This document shows positions 46,547 through 57,008 of a stretch of DNA of 64,000 nt, in pieces. The first letter of the stretch is position 1; each line of letters begins with the position of its first letter. The notes beneath the pieces are model-generated. The model did no database searches, was not told the DNA's origin, and saw nothing but the letters and a program-made list of their open reading frames with translations. The stretch spans positions 18,836-82,835 of the IMG/VR virus record IMGVR_UViG_3300033067_002106; one strand, 5' to 3'. The position numbers were made by a program, and so were the translations under genes. Source of the DNA: a virus (lineage: Duplodnaviria > Caudoviricetes).

Positions 46547-47719
46547 ATGAACGACGGACAACTGTATATTCCGAAAAAAATAATGGTCGGATATAATAAA
46601 AGAGACGATACATACACCAAGAAGCTAGCTTATGTCATTTACTATGATGATAAGGGTGTATTAAGAAAAGAAGCGTCTTGGCAAAACTGGAGAGATAAAA
46701 AAATCAAAGCCGACGAATTCGATAATGTACCAACTGAAGGATTTGTTTTAAACAAAGGCGTTGGTGGTCAACGTGAGAGTTATGGTTGGAATGCACGTAA
46801 TGAATATATTCGTGTTTATGACCCAAGAGGTTTTGAATTTGAAATCAGTGTTGAGAATCTTCTTTACATTTTACAAGAAGCTACATCGACAAAGGGTAAG
46901 GGGCTTGAAGGTGAATTTATATATTCATGGGATAAGAAAGATTTGGTTTTGATTCCGGTTGATAGTGGAGCATATAAAGAGTCTCAGGTTTTTACTTCAT
47001 TACAAAGCAAAGCTGTATCAACAAAAGACCTCGTTCCCGGATGTGTTTATAGAACCAAGAAACAGCTGGACCTTATATATTTGGGCAGATTTCCATGGTA
47101 TACCATGGTTAATTGTGGGGAGGCTAAATATATTAATGGTTATTTGAGTAGGGATTATGACCATTACCATAAGAGATTGAAAGAATCTAAGATGCATATC
47201 TTTCTTAACGAGAAAGGTAAGAAGGATGATGATGAATACATTGTTGTAACAACACCTACGAATATTTCGGTATGTATCAATGATGTTCCCGTATCTAATT
47301 ATGCTGAATTGATTGAAGATTATAATAAAGAGAACATCAACGCATCAAAACCTATTGGTCTTGAGTTGGTACGTAAGACAATAAAAGTTAATGAATCGGC
47401 CCGGAATTGGTGGGACGCACTTGAAGAAACAGAATATGCTTTTGATTTAACAGATAACTGTTACGCTCTTGAAACGATGCAAGTAGATTATGATTACATG
47501 AATGGTAAATATAACATAAATGGCCTAAAGAAATTTCCAAGGGGTATTGTGGTTTCATTCAAAGATGGTAAACTGGAAACCAAAGGAAATAATAAAGGAG
47601 ACAGCCCATATAATACCAAGACACGTAGTGTTGAGGAGATAAACCAAAATGGTGTTCATGTTCTTTATGTTAAGCTTGAAAATGGTAAGAAAATAAAATT
47701 TAGTAAATACAGAATCTAA
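46547..47719 (+). CDS. Conserved phage hypothetical protein
   Basis: 390 aa; DPRGFEFEIS..NL; GE..Y.W. Confidence 0.75.
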   Translation: MNDGQLYIPKKIMVGYNKRDDTYTKKLAYVIYYDDKGVLRKEASWQNWRDKKIKADEFDNVPTEGFVLNKGVGGQRESYGWNARNEYIRVYDPRGFEFEISVENLLYILQEATSTKGKGLEGEFIYSWDKKDLVLIPVDSGAYKESQVFTSLQSKAVSTKDLVPGCVYRTKKQLDLIYLGRFPWYTMVNCGEAKYINGYLSRDYDHYHKRLKESKMHIFLNEKGKKDDDEYIVVTTPTNISVCINDVPVSNYAELIEDYNKENINASKPIGLELVRKTIKVNESARNWWDALEETEYAFDLTDNCYALETMQVDYDYMNGKYNINGLKKFPRGIVVSFKDGKLETKGNNKGDSPYNTKTRSVEEINQNGVHVLYVKLENGKKIKFSKYRI

Positions 47720-48171
47720 TGTCAAATACAACAGTTGACCAAGCGCAGGTCCAAGAACTATTAGGAATAGTTAAAGCGCAAAAAGCTGAAATCAGCAATG
47801 CTGAAAAACCAAATTGGGAGACCAATTGTACATTCGGCTATAATAAGGAGACAAGCAATAGAAGTAATATTAGAACAATCACCGATGTTAATGAATTGAC
47901 CAACATGCTGGCCTTTCTCCTTGGAAAGGAAAAGGATTTTACTGAGGCCAATAACAGATTGGGTGGCGGTGCGACCTTCGATTGGCTTGGCTATTCAGTA
48001 AAAAAATGGGAATCCGATTTAAAGACTAGGGTTTCACAAATTCAATTGGCCAAGAGAAAACAAACTCTTGAACAAACAGAAGCACGTCTTGATAAGATGG
48101 TTAGTCAGACAGTTAAAGATGAACAGGATTTGGCTATCATTGCAAAATTATTAAAAGGCGACAATGATTGA
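47719..48171 (+). CDS. Hypothetical protein
   Basis: 150-aa ORF. Confidence 0.75.
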   Translation: MSNTTVDQAQVQELLGIVKAQKAEISNAEKPNWETNCTFGYNKETSNRSNIRTITDVNELTNMLAFLLGKEKDFTEANNRLGGGATFDWLGYSVKKWESDLKTRVSQIQLAKRKQTLEQTEARLDKMVSQTVKDEQDLAIIAKLLKGDND

Positions 48172-48367
48172 AAATAAAGTATTCAAATTGACACAAACAG
48201 CTCGTTTGCAGAACGGAATCGAGTTTAAATCAGGTCAGGAAATTGAAGTTGTAATGGATGTGGTATATGTTGGTGGTTTCCCGTTACCACCAAACGTGCA
48301 AGCAACGACACTTAACTGGATTAAAGATAATCCATCCTTGTTTAAGGATGATACAAGAAATTGGTAA
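48164..48367 (+). CDS. Hypothetical protein
   Basis: 67-aa ORF. Confidence 0.65.
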   Translation: MIENKVFKLTQTARLQNGIEFKSGQEIEVVMDVVYVGGFPLPPNVQATTLNWIKDNPSLFKDDTRNW

Positions 48368-48369
48368 AT

Positions 48370-49041
48370 ATGGAAGAACTTAAAAGTGGATATGAGTGGT
48401 GTGTATTAAATAAAATACGCCCACGCAAAGTTTCTCAATGGCCAACAGAAATGGCATTTTATATGGAATCTTTTTATGAAGAGAAGATTCCATATTCTGA
48501 TTTTTTTGATAGAATAAAATCTTGTGAATATTATGAGGGTGAAATACCTGTTCCATCTCCGCTGTATTTAAGATATAGGATGTATGGGTTGGTACCTTAT
48601 AATCTTTCACCAATTCAACAGGGTATTCAATTTGGACATGCGGTTGTTGAATATGGGCAACAAGCAAAGGAGGTACCAACATTTGAGGGTATATATGATA
48701 AATTTGCTCGTAAAGACAAAACATTTATCATATTAAATGGTGGGACAACCAATGAAAAACCAGAAAGACTCGGAAGTTTACAAGAACACACAGCGCTTCT
48801 TAAATTAAACAACATATTTGTTGGTGAGTTTAGAGAGCCGGACCTTAATGATACGTTAACAGCAACTGTATTTTTGGTTGATGAAAGGGTATTTGATAAA
48901 GACCTTTATCCAGATTTTGTTGATAATCCGTTGTTATCTGAAGATGAAAACCTAAGAAATTGGAGAGACTGGGTAGAGACTATTGGCGGACAACAAAACC
49001 TATTTCTCAGAAGATTTTTACCAAATTTTAGATTGGCATAA
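48370..49041 (+). CDS. Second Pth2-like fold protein with N-terminal extension
   Basis: QQGIQFGHAVVEY...FREPDLN..LTA. Confidence 0.55.
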   Translation: MEELKSGYEWCVLNKIRPRKVSQWPTEMAFYMESFYEEKIPYSDFFDRIKSCEYYEGEIPVPSPLYLRYRMYGLVPYNLSPIQQGIQFGHAVVEYGQQAKEVPTFEGIYDKFARKDKTFIILNGGTTNEKPERLGSLQEHTALLKLNNIFVGEFREPDLNDTLTATVFLVDERVFDKDLYPDFVDNPLLSEDENLRNWRDWVETIGGQQNLFLRRFLPNFRLA

Positions 49042-49045
49042 TTTT

Positions 49046-49567
49046 ATGGAAAATAAATTAACACTTATGGGCAAGATTGTTTTCGAACCTGAAAACAAAA
49101 CCAAGAAGCATAATGCACAGGCTTCATGGAAACATATTGCTATGGTGTTTTTTAATGGTGATGTTACCGAATATTATGCTTGGTTTATTCAAAAGAGATT
49201 TAACCTTATATTGAATAAACCATTAAGAGGTGCCCATATTTCATTTATCAACGATAGCTTTAGAGATATGAGTCTAAATGGTAAAAGAAACATGGAAGAG
49301 GTTAAGCAAATCTGGAATTCGGTAAAGAATAAATGGAATGGAAAACAAATTCCGGTAATGTTGAATTTGGAACCACGAACAGATGATAAGCATTGGTGGC
49401 TTAATGTTGACCATGAATATCGTGACAAGATTCATGGTATCAGAGCTGAACTTGGATTGCCAAAACCATTTTTTGGACTTCATATGAGCATTGGATATGC
49501 CAATGAGAAAAACATTGACCACTCAAAATATATTCATGAATTAATCAAAACAGGTCTTATAAAATGA
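49046..49567 (+). CDS. 2H phosphoesterase-like protein
   Basis: HIS and HMS motifs. Confidence 0.6.
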   Translation: MENKLTLMGKIVFEPENKTKKHNAQASWKHIAMVFFNGDVTEYYAWFIQKRFNLILNKPLRGAHISFINDSFRDMSLNGKRNMEEVKQIWNSVKNKWNGKQIPVMLNLEPRTDDKHWWLNVDHEYRDKIHGIRAELGLPKPFFGLHMSIGYANEKNIDHSKYIHELIKTGLIK

Positions 49568-49878
49568 AAATAACTCCAATAACACCCATAGAGGTGTCAT
49601 CAAATATTGAAAAATCGTTTCCAGAATTTGTAATTGAAGCGGTGAATAATTGTATTCAAAAAAATTCCTTTGGTAAAAAATCGTTTTCAATAAAAAGAGG
49701 GGTAATCATTGACGAAATCTTAAAGTGTGCTCCACCAGAAACCACCGTTGATATGATTTTTGATAATCATTGGTTGGACTTTGAGAAACTATATGCGAAA
49801 TATGGTTGGGAGGTTAAGTATTGTTCACCGGGATGGGACGAAACATATGAAGAATATTTTTCATTCAATGTAAAATAA
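49564..49878 (+). CDS. Hypothetical protein
   Basis: 104-aa ORF. Confidence 0.7.
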   Translation: MKITPITPIEVSSNIEKSFPEFVIEAVNNCIQKNSFGKKSFSIKRGVIIDEILKCAPPETTVDMIFDNHWLDFEKLYAKYGWEVKYCSPGWDETYEEYFSFNVK

Positions 49879-49879
49879 A

Positions 49880-50461
49880 ATGATTGACTATAAATTATTA
49901 AATGATTCGTTGATATTTTATGAGAATAATGGGTATAAACGAATTGAATCTCCTTGGACTGTATCACAGTATGTTGATGATTTAACTAGGCCAAAAGATA
50001 GAGTTCCATTTGAACTCAAACATAATAATAAACGTTTGGTGGCATCTGGAGAACAATCATTTTTGTATCTATACTTGAAAGAGTTTTTACCATTAGGACA
50101 ATTTCAAACAATAACACCATGTTACAGATTTGAATCGTTTGATTATCTTCACACCAAATATTTCATAAAGAATGAGTTAATCAAAACAGATGTTGTTAAT
50201 AAATCTGAATTGGATAAAATTGTGATTACAGCATTAGAATTTTTCAACAAATTTTTTCCAAGATTAGATTTAGACACCATTAAAACTGAAGATGGTTATG
50301 ACATAACAGTTAATGGTCTTGAACTTGGGTCATATGGAATAAGAGAATGTGAATTTTTAAAATGGATTTATGGAACAGGATGTGCTGAACCACGAACATC
50401 AAAATTAATTAAATTATATGGTAACGAGAAAATCGTACACACAAGAACAAATAATGGTTAA
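49880..50461 (+). CDS. Minimal class II aminoacyl-tRNA synthetase-like catalytic domain
   Basis: Motif 1-like GYKRIESP; motif 2 PCYRFE; ELGSYG; motif 3 GTGCAEPR. Confidence 0.6.
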   Translation: MIDYKLLNDSLIFYENNGYKRIESPWTVSQYVDDLTRPKDRVPFELKHNNKRLVASGEQSFLYLYLKEFLPLGQFQTITPCYRFESFDYLHTKYFIKNELIKTDVVNKSELDKIVITALEFFNKFFPRLDLDTIKTEDGYDITVNGLELGSYGIRECEFLKWIYGTGCAEPRTSKLIKLYGNEKIVHTRTNNG

Positions 50462-50609
50462 ATTTAAAAAATTACCATTAGAAAAACGTTATGAAATATT
50501 AGATAAGGCATTAACGCTAGTTTTAAGTCATAGGGCTGGAACCAGAGAATACGCCATTGCATTTACAATGGGTTATTGCTATCAAGACGATGGGAGTTAT
50601 TCAAAATAA
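50454..50609 (+). CDS. Hypothetical protein
   Basis: 51-aa ORF. Confidence 0.5.
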   Translation: MVKFKKLPLEKRYEILDKALTLVLSHRAGTREYAIAFTMGYCYQDDGSYSK

Positions 50610-50613
50610 TCAT

Positions 50614-50859
50614 ATGGGTTATCACGTTAATAAAATCGACAAAGGAGTATTAGGTAAGTACTCAAAAATTATTGAGGAATTTCAAGAGTTACAGGATGCC
50701 AATGAACAACGTAACCCAATATTGGAGCTATGTGAACTTGCAGACCTGATTGGAGCAATTGAAGCTTACACCACCACTCAATATAATATCACACTTGAAA
50801 ATTTGATTGAGATGAAAGAAAGAACCAAAGAGGCTTTCGAAGAAGGGAAAAGAAAATAA
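50614..50859 (+). CDS. MazG-like NTP pyrophosphatase-fold protein
   Basis: KIIEEFQEL...ELADLIGA. Confidence 0.5.
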   Translation: MGYHVNKIDKGVLGKYSKIIEEFQELQDANEQRNPILELCELADLIGAIEAYTTTQYNITLENLIEMKERTKEAFEEGKRK

Positions 50860-50992
50860 TTTGGTAATTTCATAATTTTTTTGTATATTTGTATAACTTA
50901 TTGAAAATTAACTGAAAAGGTGTAATTTTTAATAAGAATGGTAGAAGAGATGGGGGTGATTTTATGCATAGTTTTGTATAAAATCACCAAAA

Positions 50993-51190
50993 ATGAAAAT
51001 TCTATTCCTTCTAATCATGAGTTTAGCCATCATGGCCTGTTTATCACAAACAACAATAACCTTTAAACCATTTTTTATTACGGTTGAAGGTAATTGGGAA
51101 TTGATGGATTATGAAAAAGTCTTTTTTATAGGCGAACCAAGACACATAGTGGTGAAAAGCATAATAAGAAAAAGAACTATATTAGAGTAG
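50993..51190 (+). CDS. Hypothetical secreted/membrane protein
   Basis: Hydrophobic N-terminus. Confidence 0.45.
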   Translation: MKILFLLIMSLAIMACLSQTTITFKPFFITVEGNWELMDYEKVFFIGEPRHIVVKSIIRKRTILE

Positions 51191-51197
51191 TTAATTA

Positions 51198-51413
51198 ATG
51201 TTGAATGATATGAGTAAAAAAATAACCGAAAAAAATTTTGAAACCGTATTGGACAATTTTAAAAATCAATTGATTTCATTACGTGATTCAAAAGAGAAGA
51301 ACACATTAAAAAGCCTTTGCAAAGACATCAATAATTTTTTTGATGAATTGTTGTCACAAGATGCATTTGGCACTGAAGGACAGTTGGACCCTAGAGGCGA
51401 CCAACGCAATTAA
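51198..51413 (+). CDS. Hypothetical protein
   Basis: 71-aa ORF. Confidence 0.6.
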   Translation: MLNDMSKKITEKNFETVLDNFKNQLISLRDSKEKNTLKSLCKDINNFFDELLSQDAFGTEGQLDPRGDQRN

Positions 51414-51564
51414 ATAATTAAAACCTAAAGAAATATTTTTTGACTTCGAGTGGGATAAATCCGAATAAAATTGTATCTTCGCATTAAATTTTAAATTTTA
51501 AATTTAGGATTAGCATTAAAACAGACGTTTCGAATATTGTCGAATATTTATATATAAACATCAC

Positions 51565-52230
51565 ATGGTTATATATAAAACGACAAATTTAATAGATGGT
51601 AAATTTTACGTTGGAAAGGACGAAAAAAATAATCCACAATACTTAGGTTCTGGTTTAAGACTAAATAGGGCAATCAAAAAGTATGGTATTCAAAACTTTA
51701 AAAAGGAAATACTAGAATTTTGCTTAGATAAAAAAATGTTATCCGAAAGAGAAAAGTTTTGGATTAAAAATTTGGATGCGATTAAAAAAGGTTATAATAT
51801 TGCATTAGGTGGAGCTGGGGGTGATACATATTCTGAAAACCCTAATTTAGTTAGTATTAAAGAAAAGTTTAAGGGGGGTAATAACCCATTTTATGGTAAA
51901 ACGCATTCTGCGGATAGTAGGATAAAAATCAGTGAAGGTAATTTAGGTCGAGAAGCGTGGAATAAGGGTAAAAAGAATATTTATACGGAAAAACACTTAG
52001 AAAATTTAAGTAATATCCGAAAAGAAAAATATTCTGGTTCAAACCATCCTAGATATATTGATATACCAGAAGATGAGTTAGTTGATTTGTTGAAATCAAT
52101 GTCACCGATTCAGATTAGTAAACATTATGGTGTTAGTAAACATTGTATTTATAGTAAGTTAAAATATTATCAAATTAATTACAAACAATTAAACAAGGAG
52201 GGTGACCCCAAAAGGGCATTACGGTCATAG
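51565..52230 (+). mobile_element. GIY-YIG/NUMOD3 homing endonuclease
   Basis: VIYKTTNL..GKFYVGK; GYNIA; NPFYGKTHS. Confidence 0.85.
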
Positions 52231-53276
52231 GCGGAAGAGCACTAAAAAATACATTCACACGTAGATACGAAAGAACTGAATTTGAAGCAATCAGCAAAGA
52301 ACTGGTAGAGATTCTTAGCAATAGATTTGCTAGGGTTGCAATTCCTTTGTTCTATAAAAATAAGGTAACATTTGGTGATGCTGATGTTCTAGTTTCTACC
52401 GAGTTAAAGGCAGCATCTGGTGATTCATACCAAACGGAAGAAGCGTTCAATATCAGAAATTATATTGAAGAAACTTGCAAACCAAATGAAATCTTCCACA
52501 ATGGAAATTGTTGGTCATTTGACTATAAGGAATTGCAAGTTGATATTATCACAACTGCACCGGAACATTTCGATTCAAACCTGATGTATCTGTCATATAA
52601 TGACCTTGGAAACTTCATTGGAAGATTGGCCCACGGCTTTGGTCTGAGATATGGTCAAGAAGGCCTGTGGTTGGAACATCAATTTAAGGGAAAGAATATT
52701 GGTAGCGTGTCAATTTCTAAAGATTACCCAACAATCTTTAAATTCTTGGGACTCTCATATGAAAGATGGGAACAAGGTTTCGATGAACTAGAGGACATCT
52801 TTAAGTTTATTGCTGCATCCCCATATTTCAACTGGAAACGTTTTCAATTGGAAGAATTAAATAAAATCAATCGTGACCGAAACAAGAAAAGGTTATCATA
52901 TATGACCTTTTTGGATTGGATGGATAAGAATGTTGCTGATGAAAATCACGAATATCAGTTTGCTGAAAACAAGGATGAATATTTTAATCTTATTGATAAA
53001 ACATTCCCTGAGGCCGACCTTGTTGTTGGTGTAAGAAGACTTGAATATCTTGAATGCCGAAAGCTTTACGTTCAAGCTAAATTCAGCGGTGGTGGTATTA
53101 TGAAAAAATATGGTTTTGAGGGTAAAAAACTTGGCGATGTGCTTACTGGGTTTAAGGAATATATCACCAAGGAATATCAATCTTATAATGACTACATCAT
53201 TTATACCGATAAGAAGGAAATTTTTGATGAGTTTGAAACGTATTTGAATGAACAGGAAATTAGAAAAGCTGAATAA
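52227..53276 (+). CDS. Nucleotidyltransferase (Pol-beta superfamily-like), probable ATA start
   Basis: Frame open from ATA-GGRALKN; FGDADVLV; QVDII. Confidence 0.65.
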   Translation: MGGRALKNTFTRRYERTEFEAISKELVEILSNRFARVAIPLFYKNKVTFGDADVLVSTELKAASGDSYQTEEAFNIRNYIEETCKPNEIFHNGNCWSFDYKELQVDIITTAPEHFDSNLMYLSYNDLGNFIGRLAHGFGLRYGQEGLWLEHQFKGKNIGSVSISKDYPTIFKFLGLSYERWEQGFDELEDIFKFIAASPYFNWKRFQLEELNKINRDRNKKRLSYMTFLDWMDKNVADENHEYQFAENKDEYFNLIDKTFPEADLVVGVRRLEYLECRKLYVQAKFSGGGIMKKYGFEGKKLGDVLTGFKEYITKEYQSYNDYIIYTDKKEIFDEFETYLNEQEIRKAE

Positions 53277-53535
53277 CGGAGAAACCTTCGTTACGAGTGA
53301 AAAGGGCAACTCTATGGTCCCCTTGATTAAATCAGGACAAGAACATAGGCTTGCCCCTGCCACTTGGGAGGGTGTTGAGGTTGGTGATATCGTTTATTGC
53401 AAGGTTAGAGGTCGTTTCTATACTCATTTGGTTAAAGCCAAGAATGGCCAGAAGGGTTGCCAGATAGGAAATAATCGTGGTAACATCAATGGGTGGACAA
53501 AACAAGTTTTTGGAAAAGTAATTGAAGTTTTATGA
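53248..53535 (+). CDS. S24/S26 peptidase-like protein
   Basis: GNSMVPLI; GDIVYCK; HLVK. Confidence 0.6.
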   Translation: MNRKLEKLNNGETFVTSEKGNSMVPLIKSGQEHRLAPATWEGVEVGDIVYCKVRGRFYTHLVKAKNGQKGCQIGNNRGNINGWTKQVFGKVIEVL

Positions 53536-53735
53536 CACATTATGTATACCTAGACACTAACATTAATCGTTTACTTATTACAACGACGCAGCTTGACCCC
53601 CAAAAATTTAGTTTATTGCTTTCAAGTAGTGGGAATTTTAGTCTTGGGCTTACGCAATGTAAGTTATATTGTATTGGATATATTGCCGGAAGCTTAAATA
53701 AACCACCAATAAACGACATTAATGAATTCAATTAA
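53532..53735 (+). CDS. Hypothetical protein
   Basis: 67-aa ORF, ATGA overlap. Confidence 0.55.
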   Translation: MTHYVYLDTNINRLLITTTQLDPQKFSLLLSSSGNFSLGLTQCKLYCIGYIAGSLNKPPINDINEFN

Positions 53736-53737
53736 TT

Positions 53738-54430
53738 ATGAAAATAAACAAATTAGCAATCGCAGGGGCAGATGATAAAGTTGACCAATCTAAATTGGTT
53801 GCACTCTCACATGAATTTCCATTTATTGAATGGTCAATTCTATTAAGTAAAAATAAAGAAGGTTCACAAAGATATCCCTCACCAGAATGGGTTGCTGAAT
53901 TTGCAAAGAATGACCTTCCATTATCGGCACACTTCTGTGGTTGGTTGGCAAGACAGGTTCTTGAAGAAAAGAATTATGACCTCATTAAAGAATTGCCGGA
54001 GTCATTTAAGCGTGTACAATTAAACTATAATTTTAAGAATTCTTCCGGATATAAACTCTCCCCCCTTGTTGAATTCATGGCATCATATCCAGAAAGGAGT
54101 GTTATTCTCCAATTGAATAAAAGCAACAGTCCTGTGCTTAGACAGCTAGTTCAAGACGAGAAACTAACACCAAATATTCACTTCTTATATGACGCAAGTG
54201 GTGGTTATGGTAAGGTTATTGAAAGGATTGAAGGTACAATCGATAACCAATATACTGGTTATGCTGGTGGCCTTAACACTGAGAATATTGAACATATTTG
54301 TCAAATGATAACTGACGATTCCGAACAAGTTGAAACATATGTTGATTTGGAAAGTGGGGTTAGGACAGACAATGAATTTGATTTGGCAAAGGTTCGTGAT
54401 ATTGCACAGAAGGTGGCCAAATTTATTTAA
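53738..54430 (+). CDS. TIM-barrel protein (PRAI-like)
   Basis: LYDASGG; GYAGGLN..N; VDLESGVR. Confidence 0.6.
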   Translation: MKINKLAIAGADDKVDQSKLVALSHEFPFIEWSILLSKNKEGSQRYPSPEWVAEFAKNDLPLSAHFCGWLARQVLEEKNYDLIKELPESFKRVQLNYNFKNSSGYKLSPLVEFMASYPERSVILQLNKSNSPVLRQLVQDEKLTPNIHFLYDASGGYGKVIERIEGTIDNQYTGYAGGLNTENIEHICQMITDDSEQVETYVDLESGVRTDNEFDLAKVRDIAQKVAKFI

Positions 54431-54770
54431 AGAACGGATTATCTCTTAAGAGGTCGAAGGCAGCTTCGGCCTTTTTGCATTCATCCAAGAACCCTAAAAC
54501 ATCCTCACTAGTGAGATTAAACCACTCATTTTGTGCTAGTGTTTTTTTGGACAAATAACGTCCATGGAGCCATTTTTCAACTTTTTTATAATTCTTGGAC
54601 TCGTAATGATTAATGACGGAAATTTTATTAGAATTCCCTGTTTGCAATTCACGAATTCTTTTTTCAATATTTCTTTTGGTGACCCCAATTTTATATTTTT
54701 CATTACCATTTTCATCGGTTTCTAATAGTAAGTATACAAAACCGTTATTGTTTTTCCCATTTATATCCAT
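54423..54770 (-). CDS. T5orf172/MUG113-type GIY-YIG protein
   Basis: VYLL...YKIGVT..R...LQTGN; EWF. Confidence 0.75.
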   Translation of the reverse strand: MDINGKNNNGFVYLLLETDENGNEKYKIGVTKRNIEKRIRELQTGNSNKISVINHYESKNYKKVEKWLHGRYLSKKTLAQNEWFNLTSEDVLGFLDECKKAEAAFDLLRDNPFFK

Positions 54771-55803
54771 AACTAGTTTTTCTTTTTTTATTAATACATT
54801 CGCTTATTTTAGCATAAGGATATTCTTTAATCGCATCGGAAATACTATTCCAACGTTTAACAATATTATTATCTAATTCTAATTGATTTATCTTAATTCT
54901 TATTTTATTTTTATACTCTTCTGTGTGTATTTTTTTACCCATTCTTTTTTCACTCATCTTTTTTTTTGCCTCTTCAGAATGTTTAGTACCTAACTTTCTA
55001 TTTCTAGCATTAATTATAAAGTCTTCACTTCTTTTCTTTCCCTTATTAGCAATACTTATATTATTTTTATGCTCGTCGGAAAAAATATATTTAGTATTTT
55101 GTTTTGTTTTAACCTCTATAACCTTTAGTGGGTCTAGTCGTTCAAAAAAATAAAAACTCCACCTAAAATTAGCAGTGGATTTTCGTTTCCCATTACAAAC
55201 GTCAAGTATTTTACTTGTTTTAAAAAATTTACTAGCCTCATTAACACAACCCCATTCTTTTATATATGTTCCATCCAAATTGTATTGATAGCAAATTTTC
55301 GCCCCATCCTTTAAGTGTGATTTACTTAATTTATTTTTAGTTTCTTCAGATATACGATATTCTCTTTTGCGTTTAGTTTCTTTAATTTTATCTAAATGTT
55401 CCTTTGTTAATTTAACACCTAACCTATGATGATTTTTCCCTTTAAAATACTCTTTTTTAATCACACTCAATTTTTCTCTTGTCTTATCATTATGACGTTT
55501 TAATTTTGGTGGGTTCTCACCACCATCGGTACTATTCACCAAATTAAACCCCCAGAGTTTAAACTGGGATATCCAGTAAATTTCAGCCGATTGCCAATCA
55601 CAACCAATTTCAATTTCTTCAAGTACCTCAATTATTGGTTTAACACCAAGTTTTAATAACCTTTGAATCCAAAAATCTTTGTGTGTTTTCTTATTTTTTG
55701 AACAAATTATATGTGTTTTCAATCTACTCTTAATATTATTCGTTTTACCAATATATCTAACAGCATTAGTTATCGGGTCTATTAATGTATAAATATAATT
55801 CAT
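54745..55803 (-). mobile_element. GIY-YIG homing endonuclease with NUMOD repeats
   Basis: YIYTL.DP...RYIGKT; N.TDGGE; NUMOD1/3-like repeats. Confidence 0.85.
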
Positions 55804-55916
55804 AGTCTTTATTATAAATATCATATTAACACCGCAAAGTCATTTTATTTATAGATTAATTAATCCCATTTCATAAAATATAGGAAATTTAGTCTTATTT
55901 GTCAATATTTATTGGT

Positions 55917-56408
55917 ATGAAAGATTTCATAAGAATGAGATTACATGAATGGGGTTTTGACGACATTGACCCAGAACTTATTATTAAAGCATATACAAGC
56001 AAAATTAATGGGTTATATGATAATCTTTTGGCGAAGGGTGCTAGAAATCCAAACTTTAGATTTGAGCTTAAGAGAGATGTTTTAAAAATCTCCTACGGCC
56101 AGCCAAATCGTTGTGAAACCAATGCATATAATTTTGTAAAGGAAAAGCTTCAAAATGGTGAAACTTCTTTTTATCCAGTTGGTGGATTTACTTTTCAGGG
56201 GCCTAATTTTTGGCCGTTGGAACATTGGTGGGTTTATGATAAACAAGCAAATAAGTTTTTAGAGGTTACACCACTAGAACCTGATGTCTTTCGTGCTTAT
56301 GCTGGAATAATAAACACCGATATCCAAGAAGAGATATTAAAGTCACAAAATGTGTTTGATATTGATTTTTTTAAAGGTGGAAATGTACAGAGAATATATT
56401 TTAAGTAA
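55917..56408 (+). CDS. Hypothetical protein
   Basis: C..NA...HWWVYD; follows ATATTTAT motif. Confidence 0.65.
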   Translation: MKDFIRMRLHEWGFDDIDPELIIKAYTSKINGLYDNLLAKGARNPNFRFELKRDVLKISYGQPNRCETNAYNFVKEKLQNGETSFYPVGGFTFQGPNFWPLEHWWVYDKQANKFLEVTPLEPDVFRAYAGIINTDIQEEILKSQNVFDIDFFKGGNVQRIYFK

Positions 56409-57007
56409 TGAAGAATTGGATTAAACAAATATTAAGAGAATCATTGAATGAAATGACCCCAATCAATAAGCCGGAGTTTGGTAGTGGAATGGACCACACC
56501 GTTTTTAAATCAAAACAACATCCAGATAGACTTTATAAAATAGGTCGAGAAAACAACATTAAAGTATGGGTACCAATATTTAAAGCATATCCGAAGATAT
56601 TTCCAAGAGTTTATCGTGTGTTCCCATTAACCAAAGACCCTTACTTTTGGGTGGCTGAAATTGAAAAATTGAATACGGATACAGCAAAAAAAGATTTCAA
56701 ATTGGCATCGGATTATCTAGAAGATTATACTGAACAAATTTTTAAATTTCCTATAAGATTAGCTAGAATTGATATTTTTGATAACGAATCAAATATTCCA
56801 TTTAGTGTTTTTATCATAAAATTTAAAAATTGGTTGCTAGATATACATAAAGACGAAAGAATAATTAAAAATATACTTATGTGGGTTAAAACGGTATATC
56901 AAATATATAAACTTTTAGACAAAAAATATCAATACGAAATTTATGATATACATTCAGGTAATGTTGCATATGATAATAATGGAAATATAAAGATAATTGA
57001 TATTTAA
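56408..57007 (+). CDS. Atypical kinase-like protein (paralog A)
   Basis: FGSG.DH; LYK; DIHSGNV; IIDI. Confidence 0.65.
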   Translation: MKNWIKQILRESLNEMTPINKPEFGSGMDHTVFKSKQHPDRLYKIGRENNIKVWVPIFKAYPKIFPRVYRVFPLTKDPYFWVAEIEKLNTDTAKKDFKLASDYLEDYTEQIFKFPIRLARIDIFDNESNIPFSVFIIKFKNWLLDIHKDERIIKNILMWVKTVYQIYKLLDKKYQYEIYDIHSGNVAYDNNGNIKIIDI

Positions 57008-57008
57008 G

